Positions 1 through 9,091 of a stretch of DNA of 32,217 nt are shown here, one piece after another. Numbering within the stretch: the stretch's first letter is position 1; the number at the start of each line of letters is the position of its first letter. This DNA is from an uncultured Gemella sp. (GTDB taxonomy: Bacteria; Bacillota; Bacilli; Staphylococcales; Gemellaceae). The DNA is taken from assembly GCA_945869755.1 (NCBI GenBank), contig CAMBPW010000001.1, forward strand, positions 1-32,217. The letters are read 5' to 3'. The position numbers and the translations under genes were made by a program. The notes below the pieces were generated by a model. It saw only the letters and a list, made by a program, of their open reading frames with translations, was not told the DNA's origin and made no database searches.

Positions 1-230
1 TTCACATAATTGATAAATTTTATTAATTCATTTCTGAACATTATCAAACTTTAATTTCACAATTTTTATTTCTTTACTTTTTCATCAATAAAATTATTAT
101 ATATAAAATAAATATTCTTTTTATAATAAGTTGATTAAAGTTATAATTTATACAGTATATTTTAATTAATTTTCTTACAAGTTAAATATTTATAATTTAA
201 TAATTTATCTAACTTTATAATAGCTTTTCT

Positions 231-308
231 TTATAATTTCCATATTTCTATATAACTTCTCTTATCTACTGTAAAATGTCTATGCTTTGGTGTATAATGC
301 AATTGCAT
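231..308 (-). pseudogene. Truncated IS30-family transposase N-terminus (25 aa)
   Basis: Hand translation gives MQLHYTPKHRHFTVDKRSYIEIWKL*. This compares with the remembered IS1239-type start MQEHYTPKGKHLTIDNRRLIERWK. Premature TAA at 233-231. Confidence 0.65.
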
Positions 309-399
309 CTTAAAGATCCTTTCTTAATATTCTTGGTCGTTTATAATTATAGCATCTTTAAGGGCTTTTTTTATAGCTAACTTCATTTTATAATATACA
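231..399 (-). mobile_element. Degenerate left end of an IS30-family (IS1239/IS1161-like) insertion sequence
   Basis: The minus strand reads TGTATATTATAAAATGAAGTTAGCTA (399-374), resembling IS30-family terminal repeats as I recall them. It is followed by TGCTATAAT (354-346), RBS AGAAAGGA (324-317) and a short ORF similar to the N-terminus of streptococcal IS30 transposases. No right end or catalytic domain is seen. Confidence 0.6.
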
Positions 400-445
400 A
401 TTTTCAATAATTTTGAAAAAATTTGAAATAAATTTCAAAAATATA

Positions 446-474
446 TTGTAATATAATTTACTTAATATTATAAT
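446..474 (+). promoter_or_regulatory. Putative sigma-A promoter of ilvE
   Basis: TTGTAA (446-451), 17-nt spacer, TATAAT (469-474). The AT-rich background lowers specificity. Confidence 0.45.
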
Positions 475-510
475 TAGTTGTAATATAATAATTTAAAAGG
501 AGTACTTTAA

Positions 511-1593
511 ATGGCAAAATTAAATGTTACAGATATTAAAATTGAATTAACTAAAAATCCAAAAGAAAAACCTAATCAAGAAGCACTAGGTTTTGGAAAA
601 ATTTTTACTGATCATATGTTTATAATGGACTGGAATGAAGAACAAGGTTGGTATGATCCTAGAATAGTTGAATTTGGAAATCTTTCTTTATCACCTGCTT
701 TAATCTCATTACATTATGGACAAAGTATTTTTGAAGGTATGAAAGCGTATATTAATACTAATGGTGATATTGCTTTATTTAGACCAGAAGAAAATTTTGC
801 AAGATTAAATCGCTCTGCTGAACGTCTTGCACTTCCACAATTAGATGAAAAATTTGCATTAACTGCACTAGAAGAATTATTAAAAATAGATAAAGATTGG
901 ATTCCTACTGAAGAAGGTACATCTTTATATGTTAGACCTTTTATGTTTGGTGCAGATGAATTTTTAGGAGTAAAAGCAAGTTCAAATGTAAAATTTGTAA
1001 TAATACTTTCTCCTTCTGGAGCATACTTTAAAGGTGGGCTACAACCAAATAAAATATTTGTTGAAGATGAATATGTTCGTGCTGTACGTGGTGGAACTGG
1101 ATTTGCAAAAGCAGCTGGAAATTATGCTGGATCATTACTTGGACAGAAAAAAGCAGAAAAATTTGGTTACGCACAAACTTTATGGTTAGATGGAGTAGAA
1201 CAAAAATATATCGAAGAAGTAGGCGCAATGAACATTTTCTTCAAAGTTGATGGTAAATATTTAACTCCTGAATTAAATGGATCAATTTTACCTGGAATAA
1301 CTCGTGATTCAATTATAAAATTATTAAAACATAATGGAGAGATTGTTGAAGAAAGAAAAATTTCTATCGAAGAAATTTATGAAGCTGCTGATAATGGAAC
1401 ATTAGAAGAAGTTTTCGGTACAGGAACTGCTGCAGTTATTTCTCCAGTTGGAGAACTATTTGATGGTAAAAAGAAAGTTATCGTTAATAATGGAGAAACT
1501 GGCGAATATTCTAAAAAAATATATGAACAATTAACTGGTATTCAATTAGGAAAAGTTGAAGATCCATTTAACTGGCACCATTTAGTAAAATAA
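511..1593 (+). CDS. ilvE: Branched-chain amino acid aminotransferase (PLP fold IV)
   Basis: Motifs LHYGQSIFEGMKAY, SLYVRPF, AKAAGNYA (PLP lysine), EEVGAMNIFF, ILPGITR and FGTGTAAVISPV. RBS AAGGAG upstream. Confidence 0.96.
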   Translation: MAKLNVTDIKIELTKNPKEKPNQEALGFGKIFTDHMFIMDWNEEQGWYDPRIVEFGNLSLSPALISLHYGQSIFEGMKAYINTNGDIALFRPEENFARLNRSAERLALPQLDEKFALTALEELLKIDKDWIPTEEGTSLYVRPFMFGADEFLGVKASSNVKFVIILSPSGAYFKGGLQPNKIFVEDEYVRAVRGGTGFAKAAGNYAGSLLGQKKAEKFGYAQTLWLDGVEQKYIEEVGAMNIFFKVDGKYLTPELNGSILPGITRDSIIKLLKHNGEIVEERKISIEEIYEAADNGTLEEVFGTGTAAVISPVGELFDGKKKVIVNNGETGEYSKKIYEQLTGIQLGKVEDPFNWHHLVK

Positions 1594-1641
1594 TAAAAAA
1601 TAAAGGTAGATAAAATTATCTACCTTTATTTTTTATTATTT
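1588..1641. terminator. Bidirectional intrinsic terminator between ilvE and the convergent recA unit
   Basis: Perfect inverted repeat with 26-bp arms (core TAAAGGTAGATAA-aa-TTATCTACCTTTA), flanked by A and T tracts. Confidence 0.9.
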
Positions 1642-1732
1642 ACATAAACATTGAAATACTAGCTAAAATTCCACTAGCCACTATTGCTATTATCATTAAC
1701 CAAATTACTATTTTAAATATTTTTTTATTCAT
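1640..1732 (-). CDS. 30-aa single-pass membrane microprotein, Prli42/DUF4044-like (not in the ORF track)
   Basis: Hand translation gives [30 protein letters not shown], a basic N-terminus plus one hydrophobic helix. Its ATG overlaps the recA stop (ATGAATAA), GAGAG lies 8 nt upstream, and it ends exactly at the terminator. Confidence 0.8.
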   Translation of the reverse strand: MNKKIFKIVIWLMIIAIVASGILASISMFM

Positions 1733-2813
1733 CTAATGCACTCTCATCTACGTCAACTTCTAAATCCATTTTTGATGTTTTATTTTCCAAAAATTTTTCT
1801 CTAACTTTCTTATGAATATCATTGTATAATTCTTTATTTTCGCTAAATATCTTTTTAACTGATTCACGACCTTGACCTAGTTTTTCTCCCTCATATGAAT
1901 ACCAAGATCCTGATTTTTTTACAATTTCAAATTCCGCAGCAATATCTAAAGTTTCTCCTATAGTTGATATTCCTTCTCCATACATAATATCAACTTCTGC
2001 AGTTTTAAACGGTGGTGCCACTTTGTTTTTTACAACTTTTATTTTCGTTCTATTACCTATAATATCTGAACCTTCTTTTATAGCATCTCCTCTACGAACG
2101 TCAATTCTTATAGTTGAATAAAATTTAAGTGCTCTACCTCCAGTGGTAACCTCTGGACTACCATATAGAACCCCTACTTTTTCACGTAACTGATTTATAA
2201 AAATTGCAATAGTATTTGAACGATTAATAATTCCTGTTAATTTTCTTAATGCTTGGGACATTAATCTAGCTTGAAGACCAATATGTGCATCTCCAATTTC
2301 TCCTTCAATTTCAGTTTTAGGAACTAATGCAGCTACAGAATCAATAACAACTATATCAATAGCTCCTGATGAAACTAATTTTTCTGTAATATCTAACGCT
2401 TGCTCTCCCGTATCAGGTTGTGATAAGAAAAATTTTCCTTGTGTAAAATCTACACCCAATGCTTTAGCATATTCCGGATCTAAAGCATTTTCTGCATCAA
2501 TGAAAGCTGCTACCCCTCCATTTTTTTGAACTTCTGCTATTGCATGTAATGCTACTGTTGTTTTCCCAGAAGATTCAGGACCATAAATTTCAATGATTCT
2601 TCCTCGTGGATATCCTCCAACTCCTAATGCTTTATCAATCGCTAAAGAACCTGAAGAAACTACCTCTACTTTTATGGCAGTTGCCCCCTCTAAATCCATT
2701 ATAGCCCCTTGTCCATAACTTTTTTCTATTTCTTTTATTGCTTTTGCTAAAGCTTCTTCTCTATTTAAATTTTCAGTTTTTGAAGTTGCTTTTGTTTTCT
2801 TTTCTTTTACCAT
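1725..2813 (-). CDS. recA: Recombinase A
   Basis: Walker [39 protein letters not shown] and GGRALKFY. Start moved to ATG 2813 (MVKEKK) because AGGAGG lies just upstream. Confidence 0.98.
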   Translation of the reverse strand: MVKEKKTKATSKTENLNREEALAKAIKEIEKSYGQGAIMDLEGATAIKVEVVSSGSLAIDKALGVGGYPRGRIIEIYGPESSGKTTVALHAIAEVQKNGGVAAFIDAENALDPEYAKALGVDFTQGKFFLSQPDTGEQALDITEKLVSSGAIDIVVIDSVAALVPKTEIEGEIGDAHIGLQARLMSQALRKLTGIINRSNTIAIFINQLREKVGVLYGSPEVTTGGRALKFYSTIRIDVRRGDAIKEGSDIIGNRTKIKVVKNKVAPPFKTAEVDIMYGEGISTIGETLDIAAEFEIVKKSGSWYSYEGEKLGQGRESVKKIFSENKELYNDIHKKVREKFLENKTSKMDLEVDVDESALDE

Positions 2814-2829
2814 TTTATCCTCCTTAAAA

Positions 2830-3747
2830 TTATTTTCCAATTATAGTTGTTAATGTGCCTATTCCATCAATAGTAATTTTAATCTCATCATTTTCTTTTA
2901 AAAATTGCGGTGGATTCATAGCAGAACCTATTCCAGCAGGAGTTCCAGTTGAAATAATATCCCCAGCTTCTAATGGTATTATTTTACTAATTTCTGACAA
3001 TAAATCATCGATTCTAAATAACATCTCTGATGTCATTGCATTTTGTCTAATTTCTCCATTAACTTTTGTAACAATACTAACTGATTCTGGTGATGAAATT
3101 TCATCTTTAGTTACTAAATATGGTCCAATTACTGCAGATTTTTCTAATGATTTTCCTAAAAAGAATTGTCCATGTTTGTATTGCATATCGTGAGCAGTAA
3201 TGTCATTCATTATAGTATATCCAAATACATAATCTAATGCTAAAGGTTTTACGATATTTTTAGCATTTTTTGCTATAACTACAGCTAATTCCCCTTCATA
3301 ATCTAGTTGATTAGTTATATCACTATGTGAAGGAATAACTTCATTATTCGCTGCTATAGCTGTTGATACTTTAGTAAATATTATTACATCTTTTGGCGTT
3401 TTTATATTATTGTTATTATTTATTTCCTCAATTAATGATGGATAATTATGTCCAACACAAAAAATATTTTTTGGTGTTCTAGTTATAGGCGCTCTCCAAA
3501 TTATATCATTAAAAGATATTTTATAATTAGAAGCTTCACTATCACACTCAACAAGAGATATTACCTTTCTAACTTTTTCTATAAATTCAACTCCGTATAT
3601 TTCAATTGCTTCTCTTAATGTAGATGGAATAGTTTCTTCACCATCAAATTTTTTAAATATTGTTATTAAATCCCAAACTTGTTCTTCCTTTTTTACTTTT
3701 ACTCCGTATAGTTCTACGCCTTTGTAATTAAAAGATAAAAATTTCAT
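2830..3747 (-). CDS. Fumarylacetoacetate hydrolase family protein (YisK-like)
   Basis: Motifs [33 protein letters not shown] and [13 protein letters not shown]. Confidence 0.9.
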   Translation of the reverse strand: MKFLSFNYKGVELYGVKVKKEEQVWDLITIFKKFDGEETIPSTLREAIEIYGVEFIEKVRKVISLVECDSEASNYKISFNDIIWRAPITRTPKNIFCVGHNYPSLIEEINNNNNIKTPKDVIIFTKVSTAIAANNEVIPSHSDITNQLDYEGELAVVIAKNAKNIVKPLALDYVFGYTIMNDITAHDMQYKHGQFFLGKSLEKSAVIGPYLVTKDEISSPESVSIVTKVNGEIRQNAMTSEMLFRIDDLLSEISKIIPLEAGDIISTGTPAGIGSAMNPPQFLKENDEIKITIDGIGTLTTIIGK

Positions 3748-3783
3748 TTTTTTCTCCTTATTTCCTTATAGTATGTAGTATTT

Positions 3784-3792
3784 ATTATATCA
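3784..3792 (-). promoter_or_regulatory. Extended -10 element upstream of the FAH-recA unit
   Basis: TGATATAAT on the minus strand, between the sufB terminator and the RBS. Confidence 0.5.
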
Positions 3793-3813
3793 TAATTAAT
3801 TTAAATTATCTAT

Positions 3814-3839
3814 AAAAAATAGCAGTTATAAACTGCTAT
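3814..3839 (-). terminator. Intrinsic terminator after sufB
   Basis: Minus strand ATAGCAGTT-tat-AACTGCTAT followed by a T tract. Confidence 0.75.
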
Positions 3840-5237
3840 CTATCCTATAGAACCTTCCATTTCAAATGAAATTAATCTATTTAATTCTACAGCATATTCC
3901 ATTGGTAGTTCTTTTGTAAATGGCTCAATGAATCCCATGACTATCATTTCTGTTGCCTGAGTTTCATCTAAGCCACGACTCATTAAATAAAATAATTGTT
4001 CTTCTGAAACTTTTGAAACTTTTGCTTCATGTTCTAATGAAACATTTGAATTTTTTATTATATTATAAGGAATTGTATCAGATGTAGAAAACTCATCTAA
4101 AATAAGCGTATCACATTCTATATTTGATCTAGAACCTTCAGAATTTTTTCCGAAATTTATCCACCCTCGATAATTTACTTTCCCACCTTTTCGTGACATA
4201 GATTTAGAAACTACTGACGATGATGTTCTTGGTGCTAAATGAATCATTTTACATCCTGCATCTAATACTTGTCCTTCACTAGCAAGTGCAATTGACAGTG
4301 TATTACCACTTGCTCCTTCGCCAATTAAAACACATGCTGGATATTTCATCGTTAATTTAGATCCTAAATTCCCATCAATCCATTCCATTGTTCCATTTTC
4401 TTCAACAATTGCACGTTTTGTAACTAAATTATAAACATTTGTTGACCAGTTTTGAATAGTTGTATATCTAAAGCGAGAATTCTTTCCTACAAATATTTCT
4501 ACAACTGCAGCGTGTAAAGAACTTGCAGAATATGTTGGTGCTGTACATCCTTCTACATAATGTAAAGAAGAATTTTCATCTATTATTATTAATGTTCGTT
4601 CAAATTGTCCCATTTTTTCAGTGTTAATACGGAAATATGCTTGTAATGGTGCTTCAATAGAAACTCCAGGTGGACAATATATAAATGAACCTCCTGACCA
4701 TACAGCTGAATTTAGTGCAGAAAATTTATTATCATTTGATTCTACACATTTTGAAAAATATTTTTTAAATAATTCTTCATGATTTTTCAATGCTGTATCC
4801 GTATCTTCAAAAATTATTCCAAGTTCTTCGAATTGTTTATGCATATTGTGATAAACCACTTCTGATTCATATTGTGCAGAAACACCAGCTAAATATTTTT
4901 GTTCTGCTTCTGGAATACCTAATCTTTCAAATGTATTTTTTATTTCTTTAGGTACTTCATCCCAAGTTCTTTCTGTTTTTTCTGACGGTTTAACATAGTA
5001 TGTCATATCTTCAAAGTCAATTTCTGATAAATCCCCTCCCCAAGTTGGCATAGGCAATCTATAAAATTCTTTTAGTGCATTTAAGCGATAATCTAACATC
5101 CATTTAGGCTCATTTTTTTTCTTAGAAATAGTTTCTACAATTTCCTTTGTTAATCCTTTTTCTGTTTTAAATATTGAAACATCAATATCAGAAAAACCAT
5201 ACTGATATTCCGTAAACATTTGTTCATTTTTATTCAA
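3840..5237 (-). CDS. sufB: Fe-S cluster assembly scaffold SufB
   Basis: Motifs [61 protein letters not shown] and C-terminal EMEGSIG. Confidence 0.97.
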   Translation of the reverse strand: MNKNEQMFTEYQYGFSDIDVSIFKTEKGLTKEIVETISKKKNEPKWMLDYRLNALKEFYRLPMPTWGGDLSEIDFEDMTYYVKPSEKTERTWDEVPKEIKNTFERLGIPEAEQKYLAGVSAQYESEVVYHNMHKQFEELGIIFEDTDTALKNHEELFKKYFSKCVESNDNKFSALNSAVWSGGSFIYCPPGVSIEAPLQAYFRINTEKMGQFERTLIIIDENSSLHYVEGCTAPTYSASSLHAAVVEIFVGKNSRFRYTTIQNWSTNVYNLVTKRAIVEENGTMEWIDGNLGSKLTMKYPACVLIGEGASGNTLSIALASEGQVLDAGCKMIHLAPRTSSSVVSKSMSRKGGKVNYRGWINFGKNSEGSRSNIECDTLILDEFSTSDTIPYNIIKNSNVSLEHEAKVSKVSEEQLFYLMSRGLDETQATEMIVMGFIEPFTKELPMEYAVELNRLISFEMEGSIG

Positions 5238-5673
5238 CTATATCACGCTCCTTATTATTTAATATTTTTTCTGTTACTTTCCAACCTAATGTAGCACATT
5301 TTACTCTAGCCGGTAATTTTGAAATATTTTCTAATGCTATACTATCTTCTAAAAGATTTTTATCAAACTCTTTCCCCATAATCATATTTAAAAAATTGTT
5401 TATCTTTTCTTGTGCTTCTTCTATACTAGCACCTTTTAATTCATTAGTCATCATAGAAGCTGAAGCTAATGAAATAGAACATCCCGTCCCAACGAATTTT
5501 ATATTGCTTATTATATTGTCTTCTATATTCATAGATATAGTAATTTTATCTCCACAAGAAGGATTTAACATTTCTAGCTTGTATTGTGAATCAATAATTC
5601 CGTGATTATGAGGATATTTACTATGTTCCAAAATAATTTGTTTATATATTTCTTTTAAATTAGAAAAGCTCAT
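5230..5673 (-). CDS. sufU: SufU zinc-dependent sulfur-transfer protein
   Basis: Motifs [18 protein letters not shown] and [11 protein letters not shown]. Start at ATG 5673 with AAGGAG upstream. Confidence 0.95.
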   Translation of the reverse strand: MSFSNLKEIYKQIILEHSKYPHNHGIIDSQYKLEMLNPSCGDKITISMNIEDNIISNIKFVGTGCSISLASASMMTNELKGASIEEAQEKINNFLNMIMGKEFDKNLLEDSIALENISKLPARVKCATLGWKVTEKILNNKERDIVE

Positions 5674-6889
5674 TAGCAAAAAACTCCTTGATTTCTCGTA
5701 ATGTTTTTATAAATAAATCTATCTCTTCTTTTGTGTTATAAAAATAAATACTTATTCTTGCAACAGAATAAACATTCAATCTTGATAATAATGGTTGTGT
5801 ACATTGATGACCCGCTCTAATACAAATTCCTTTTTCATCAAGAAAACTTGCTATATCATGAGGATGTACTCCATTCAAATTGAATGATACAAGTGATACA
5901 CGATTGTTAATATCTTTGCTTCCATAAATCTCTATTCCATCAATTTTTTCTAATTCTACAATAAGATATTTAGTTAATAACTTTGTGTATTGTTCAATAT
6001 TTTCTATACCTATACTATTTAAATATTCAATAGCCGCCATTAACCCTGATGCTTGTGCTAGTAAAGGTGTTCCTGCTTCAAACTTATTCGGTATATCAGC
6101 CCAAGTTGAATTATAATCTTCTACTATACCAATCATTCCTCCACCATATTTAACAGGAGATATTTTTTCTAACAATTCTTTCTTTCCGTAAAGTACTCCT
6201 ATTCCTGTTGGCCCGCACATTTTATGCCCACTAAATACTAAAAAATCACATTTTATTTCTTGAACATCTATTTTTAAATGAGGAGCCGCTTGCGCTGCAT
6301 CAACTATAAAATAAATATTCTTATCTTTCAAAATATTAGAAATTTCTTTTACTGGATTAATAATTCCAAGTACATTTGAAGCATAAGTTAAAGAAACTAT
6401 TTTTGTTTTTTCTGAAATTATATTTTTTAAATTTTCTAGAGATATAAAACCATCAGAATCAGCTTCTAAAATATTCAATTTTAAATTTTTCCTTTTTGCT
6501 AACTGCTGCCAGGGAACAAAATTTGCATGGTGTTCTATAGAACTAATAATTATTTCGTCGTCAGTACTAAGTTCATTTTCTAACATTCTTGAAATTAAAT
6601 TTAATGATTCTGTTGTTCCACTAGTATATATTATTTCTTCAATGTTTCTAGCATTAATATATTTTCTGACAACTTCTTTTGATTTATAATAAATATTCTC
6701 TGATTCATTTCCTAACGTATAAACTGATCTATGTATATTAGAATTATAATATTTATAATAATCAGAAATTGCATTAATTACTTGAATAGGCTTCTGTGTT
6801 GTTGCAGCATTATCAAAAAAAACTAATTTGTTTCCATTAATTTTTCTATCTAATATAGGAAAATCTTTTCTAATAGCTTCTATATTCAT
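5660..6889 (-). CDS. sufS: Cysteine desulfurase SufS
   Basis: Motifs FDNAATTQKP, EHHANFVPWQ, FSGHKMCGPTGIG and IRAGHQCTQP, located within the suf operon. Confidence 0.96.
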   Translation of the reverse strand: MNIEAIRKDFPILDRKINGNKLVFFDNAATTQKPIQVINAISDYYKYYNSNIHRSVYTLGNESENIYYKSKEVVRKYINARNIEEIIYTSGTTESLNLISRMLENELSTDDEIIISSIEHHANFVPWQQLAKRKNLKLNILEADSDGFISLENLKNIISEKTKIVSLTYASNVLGIINPVKEISNILKDKNIYFIVDAAQAAPHLKIDVQEIKCDFLVFSGHKMCGPTGIGVLYGKKELLEKISPVKYGGGMIGIVEDYNSTWADIPNKFEAGTPLLAQASGLMAAIEYLNSIGIENIEQYTKLLTKYLIVELEKIDGIEIYGSKDINNRVSLVSFNLNGVHPHDIASFLDEKGICIRAGHQCTQPLLSRLNVYSVARISIYFYNTKEEIDLFIKTLREIKEFFANELF

Positions 6890-6902
6890 ATTTAATCTCT
6901 CT

Positions 6903-8192
6903 TTATTCTTTATTTATTTTTTCATCTATTAATGTTAATGTAGTTTCTCGTACTTTTTCAACTTTTAATTGTTCAATAACTGGTGCTAAAAACCCATGTA
7001 CTAATAGCCTACTAGCTTCTTTAGTACTTAATCCTCTACTATTAAGATAATAAATTTGTTCTGGATCAATTTTTCCTAAAGATGCTCCATGTCCCGCAGC
7101 AACATCATTTTCATCTATAAGTAGCATAGGATTAGCATCTGCTTTTGCTTTGTCTGATAAAGTAAGCAACCTAGAACTTTGGTAAGCATTTGAACCACTT
7201 GCTCCTTTAACAATAAATCCAATTCCATTAAATACAACATGAGATTCATCTAATAAAACTCCATGTTGCAAAATATCACCATTAGTATTTAATCCTTGAT
7301 TGATTAACTCGCTATTAAAATACGATTTCTGATTTCCAATTCCTAATGTTACTAATTTCAAACTACTTTCAGAACCATCACCTAAAATATTTGTAGTATT
7401 ATCATGATAAACATTGGCACTATCCATAGCAGCAATATTCCAATTTAAAGTTGAGTTTCTATATGTTAATCCATTGCGTAAAATTGTACCACTCTGTTTC
7501 TCGCTAAAATTAGTTAATGAACTATAGTTTATATTTGCATTTTCTTTTACTAAAACTTCTGTAACTATATTAAATGATTTAACGTTATTTTTCGTTATAT
7601 AATTTTCAATAAAATTAAGTTCTGCATTTTTACCAATATTCAATGCTGCATGGTTATATAGTGAATAATTTTCATCTGTTATAATTACAACGTACTGAAC
7701 AGGTATGTCAATAACAGCATTCTCTTTTACTTCAATGTATATACCTGCATTCATTAATACATAATGGAAAGATGTTAATTTATTCTTTAATGGTGATGTT
7801 ATCTTTGAAAAAACGTCCATAAAACTTTCTTCGTTTAAAGTAGCTTCAAAAATATTTTTTATTATTATTAATTCTTTATATTTTTCTGGAATATAGACAA
7901 ATTGAAGTTTATTATTTTCTTGAATAATAATTATACTATTTTCATCAAAGTCTACATACTCACTAAAATTATCTTTATTAAATATTGATGTATCTACATT
8001 AATTAATTTTTCTGTTGAAAAATCTAGTAATGACCAATCATTTAAATCCATTGAATATAGTTTAGGATATTCTAAGCTATAACTTTCATGCATAGATTTT
8101 TTTCTTAATAAACTAAACCATTCAGCTTCACCAGTAATATTTGATAATTGTTGAAGTGCTTTTGTACTTATTTTTAATTTGTTTTTTTCCAT
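6903..8192 (-). CDS. sufD: Fe-S cluster assembly protein SufD
   Basis: C-terminal ADANPMLLIDENDVAAGHGASLG and YYLNSRGL. Lies between sufC and sufS. Confidence 0.95.
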   Translation of the reverse strand: MEKNKLKISTKALQQLSNITGEAEWFSLLRKKSMHESYSLEYPKLYSMDLNDWSLLDFSTEKLINVDTSIFNKDNFSEYVDFDENSIIIIQENNKLQFVYIPEKYKELIIIKNIFEATLNEESFMDVFSKITSPLKNKLTSFHYVLMNAGIYIEVKENAVIDIPVQYVVIITDENYSLYNHAALNIGKNAELNFIENYITKNNVKSFNIVTEVLVKENANINYSSLTNFSEKQSGTILRNGLTYRNSTLNWNIAAMDSANVYHDNTTNILGDGSESSLKLVTLGIGNQKSYFNSELINQGLNTNGDILQHGVLLDESHVVFNGIGFIVKGASGSNAYQSSRLLTLSDKAKADANPMLLIDENDVAAGHGASLGKIDPEQIYYLNSRGLSTKEASRLLVHGFLAPVIEQLKVEKVRETTLTLIDEKINKE

Positions 8193-8193
8193 T

Positions 8194-8934
8194 CTACACC
8201 TCTTCTTTCAACCAATCATAACCTTCTTTTTCTAATCTAAGAGCTAATTCCGGACCACCAGATTTTACAATTTTCCCATCCATCAATACATGAACATAAT
8301 CTGGTGTAATATAATCCAATAGTCTTTGATAATGAGTAATTATTAAACAACCAAAATTTTCTCCTCGCATTTCATTAACTCCTTTAGATACAACTTTCAA
8401 TGCGTCAATATCTAATCCTGAATCTATTTCATCTAAAATAGCAAATTTAGGTTCAAGCATCATCATTTGTAAAATTTCATTACGTTTCTTTTCTCCACCA
8501 GAAAATCCGTCATTAACATAACGTTGCGACATTTTTAAATCCATATCTAAAAATTCCATAGTTTTATCTAATTTTTTTATATATTGCATTATAGGAATAT
8601 TTTCTTCACGACGTGAATTAATTGCAGACTTTATAAATTCAGATGTAGGTACACCTGGTATTTCTGACGGATATTGCATAGCTAAAAATAATCCAGATTT
8701 TGCTCTCTCATCAACTTCCATATCTAAAATTTCTTCTCCATCAAGTAATACACTACCGCTATTAATTTCATATTTTGGATGACCCATTATTGCAGATGCT
8801 AAAGTTGATTTACCTGCTCCATTAGGACCCATTACAGCATGAATCTCTCCAGAATTTATTTTTAAATTTAATCCTTTTAATATCTTTTTATCATTTATAG
8901 ATACTTCTAAATTTTTTATATCAAGTACAGACAT
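8194..8934 (-). CDS. sufC: Fe-S cluster assembly ATPase SufC
   Basis: Motifs [37 protein letters not shown] and ITHYQRLL. Confidence 0.97.
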   Translation of the reverse strand: MSVLDIKNLEVSINDKKILKGLNLKINSGEIHAVMGPNGAGKSTLASAIMGHPKYEINSGSVLLDGEEILDMEVDERAKSGLFLAMQYPSEIPGVPTSEFIKSAINSRREENIPIMQYIKKLDKTMEFLDMDLKMSQRYVNDGFSGGEKKRNEILQMMMLEPKFAILDEIDSGLDIDALKVVSKGVNEMRGENFGCLIITHYQRLLDYITPDYVHVLMDGKIVKSGGPELALRLEKEGYDWLKEEV

Positions 8935-8967
8935 TAATTTTCTCCTTTAATAATTTTAACATAGACT

Positions 8968-8976
8968 ATTATATCA
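8968..8976 (-). promoter_or_regulatory. Extended -10 element of the suf operon
   Basis: TGATATAAT about 35 nt upstream of the sufC start. Confidence 0.5.
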
Positions 8977-9046
8977 AAGTTAATATAAATATTCTATTGT
9001 AATGTTTTAAAGTTAAATTTTATTGTTAAAAAACATCTAAACAAAG

Positions 9047-9086
9047 AAAAAACTTTCTAATTTAATACTAAATTAAAAAGTTTTTT
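9047..9086 (-). terminator. Probable terminator after the ABC-F gene
   Basis: Imperfect AT-rich inverted repeat AAAAAACTTT.TAATTTA / TAAATTA.AAAGTTTTTT immediately after the stop codon. Confidence 0.55.
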
Positions 9087-9091
9087 TACAA

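Noticed and set aside
1-66. TTCACA half-sites and a CodY-like AATGTTCAGAAATGA near the window start
   Set aside because: There is no complete Rex palindrome, the CodY match has 4 mismatches, and the target gene lies outside the window.
250-375. Possible T-box or riboswitch leader for ilvE (stem plus T tract)
   Set aside because: There is no T-box TGGNACCGCG/ACCACG motif or specifier stem. The likely ilvE promoter lies downstream of it, and the IS30 remnant explains the sequence better.
2814-2840. Longer N-terminal starts given by the ORF track for recA (also sufU, yabB, tmk, fbp, tag and the 20698 ORF)
   Set aside because: Downstream ATGs have properly spaced Shine-Dalgarno sequences and give typical family lengths.
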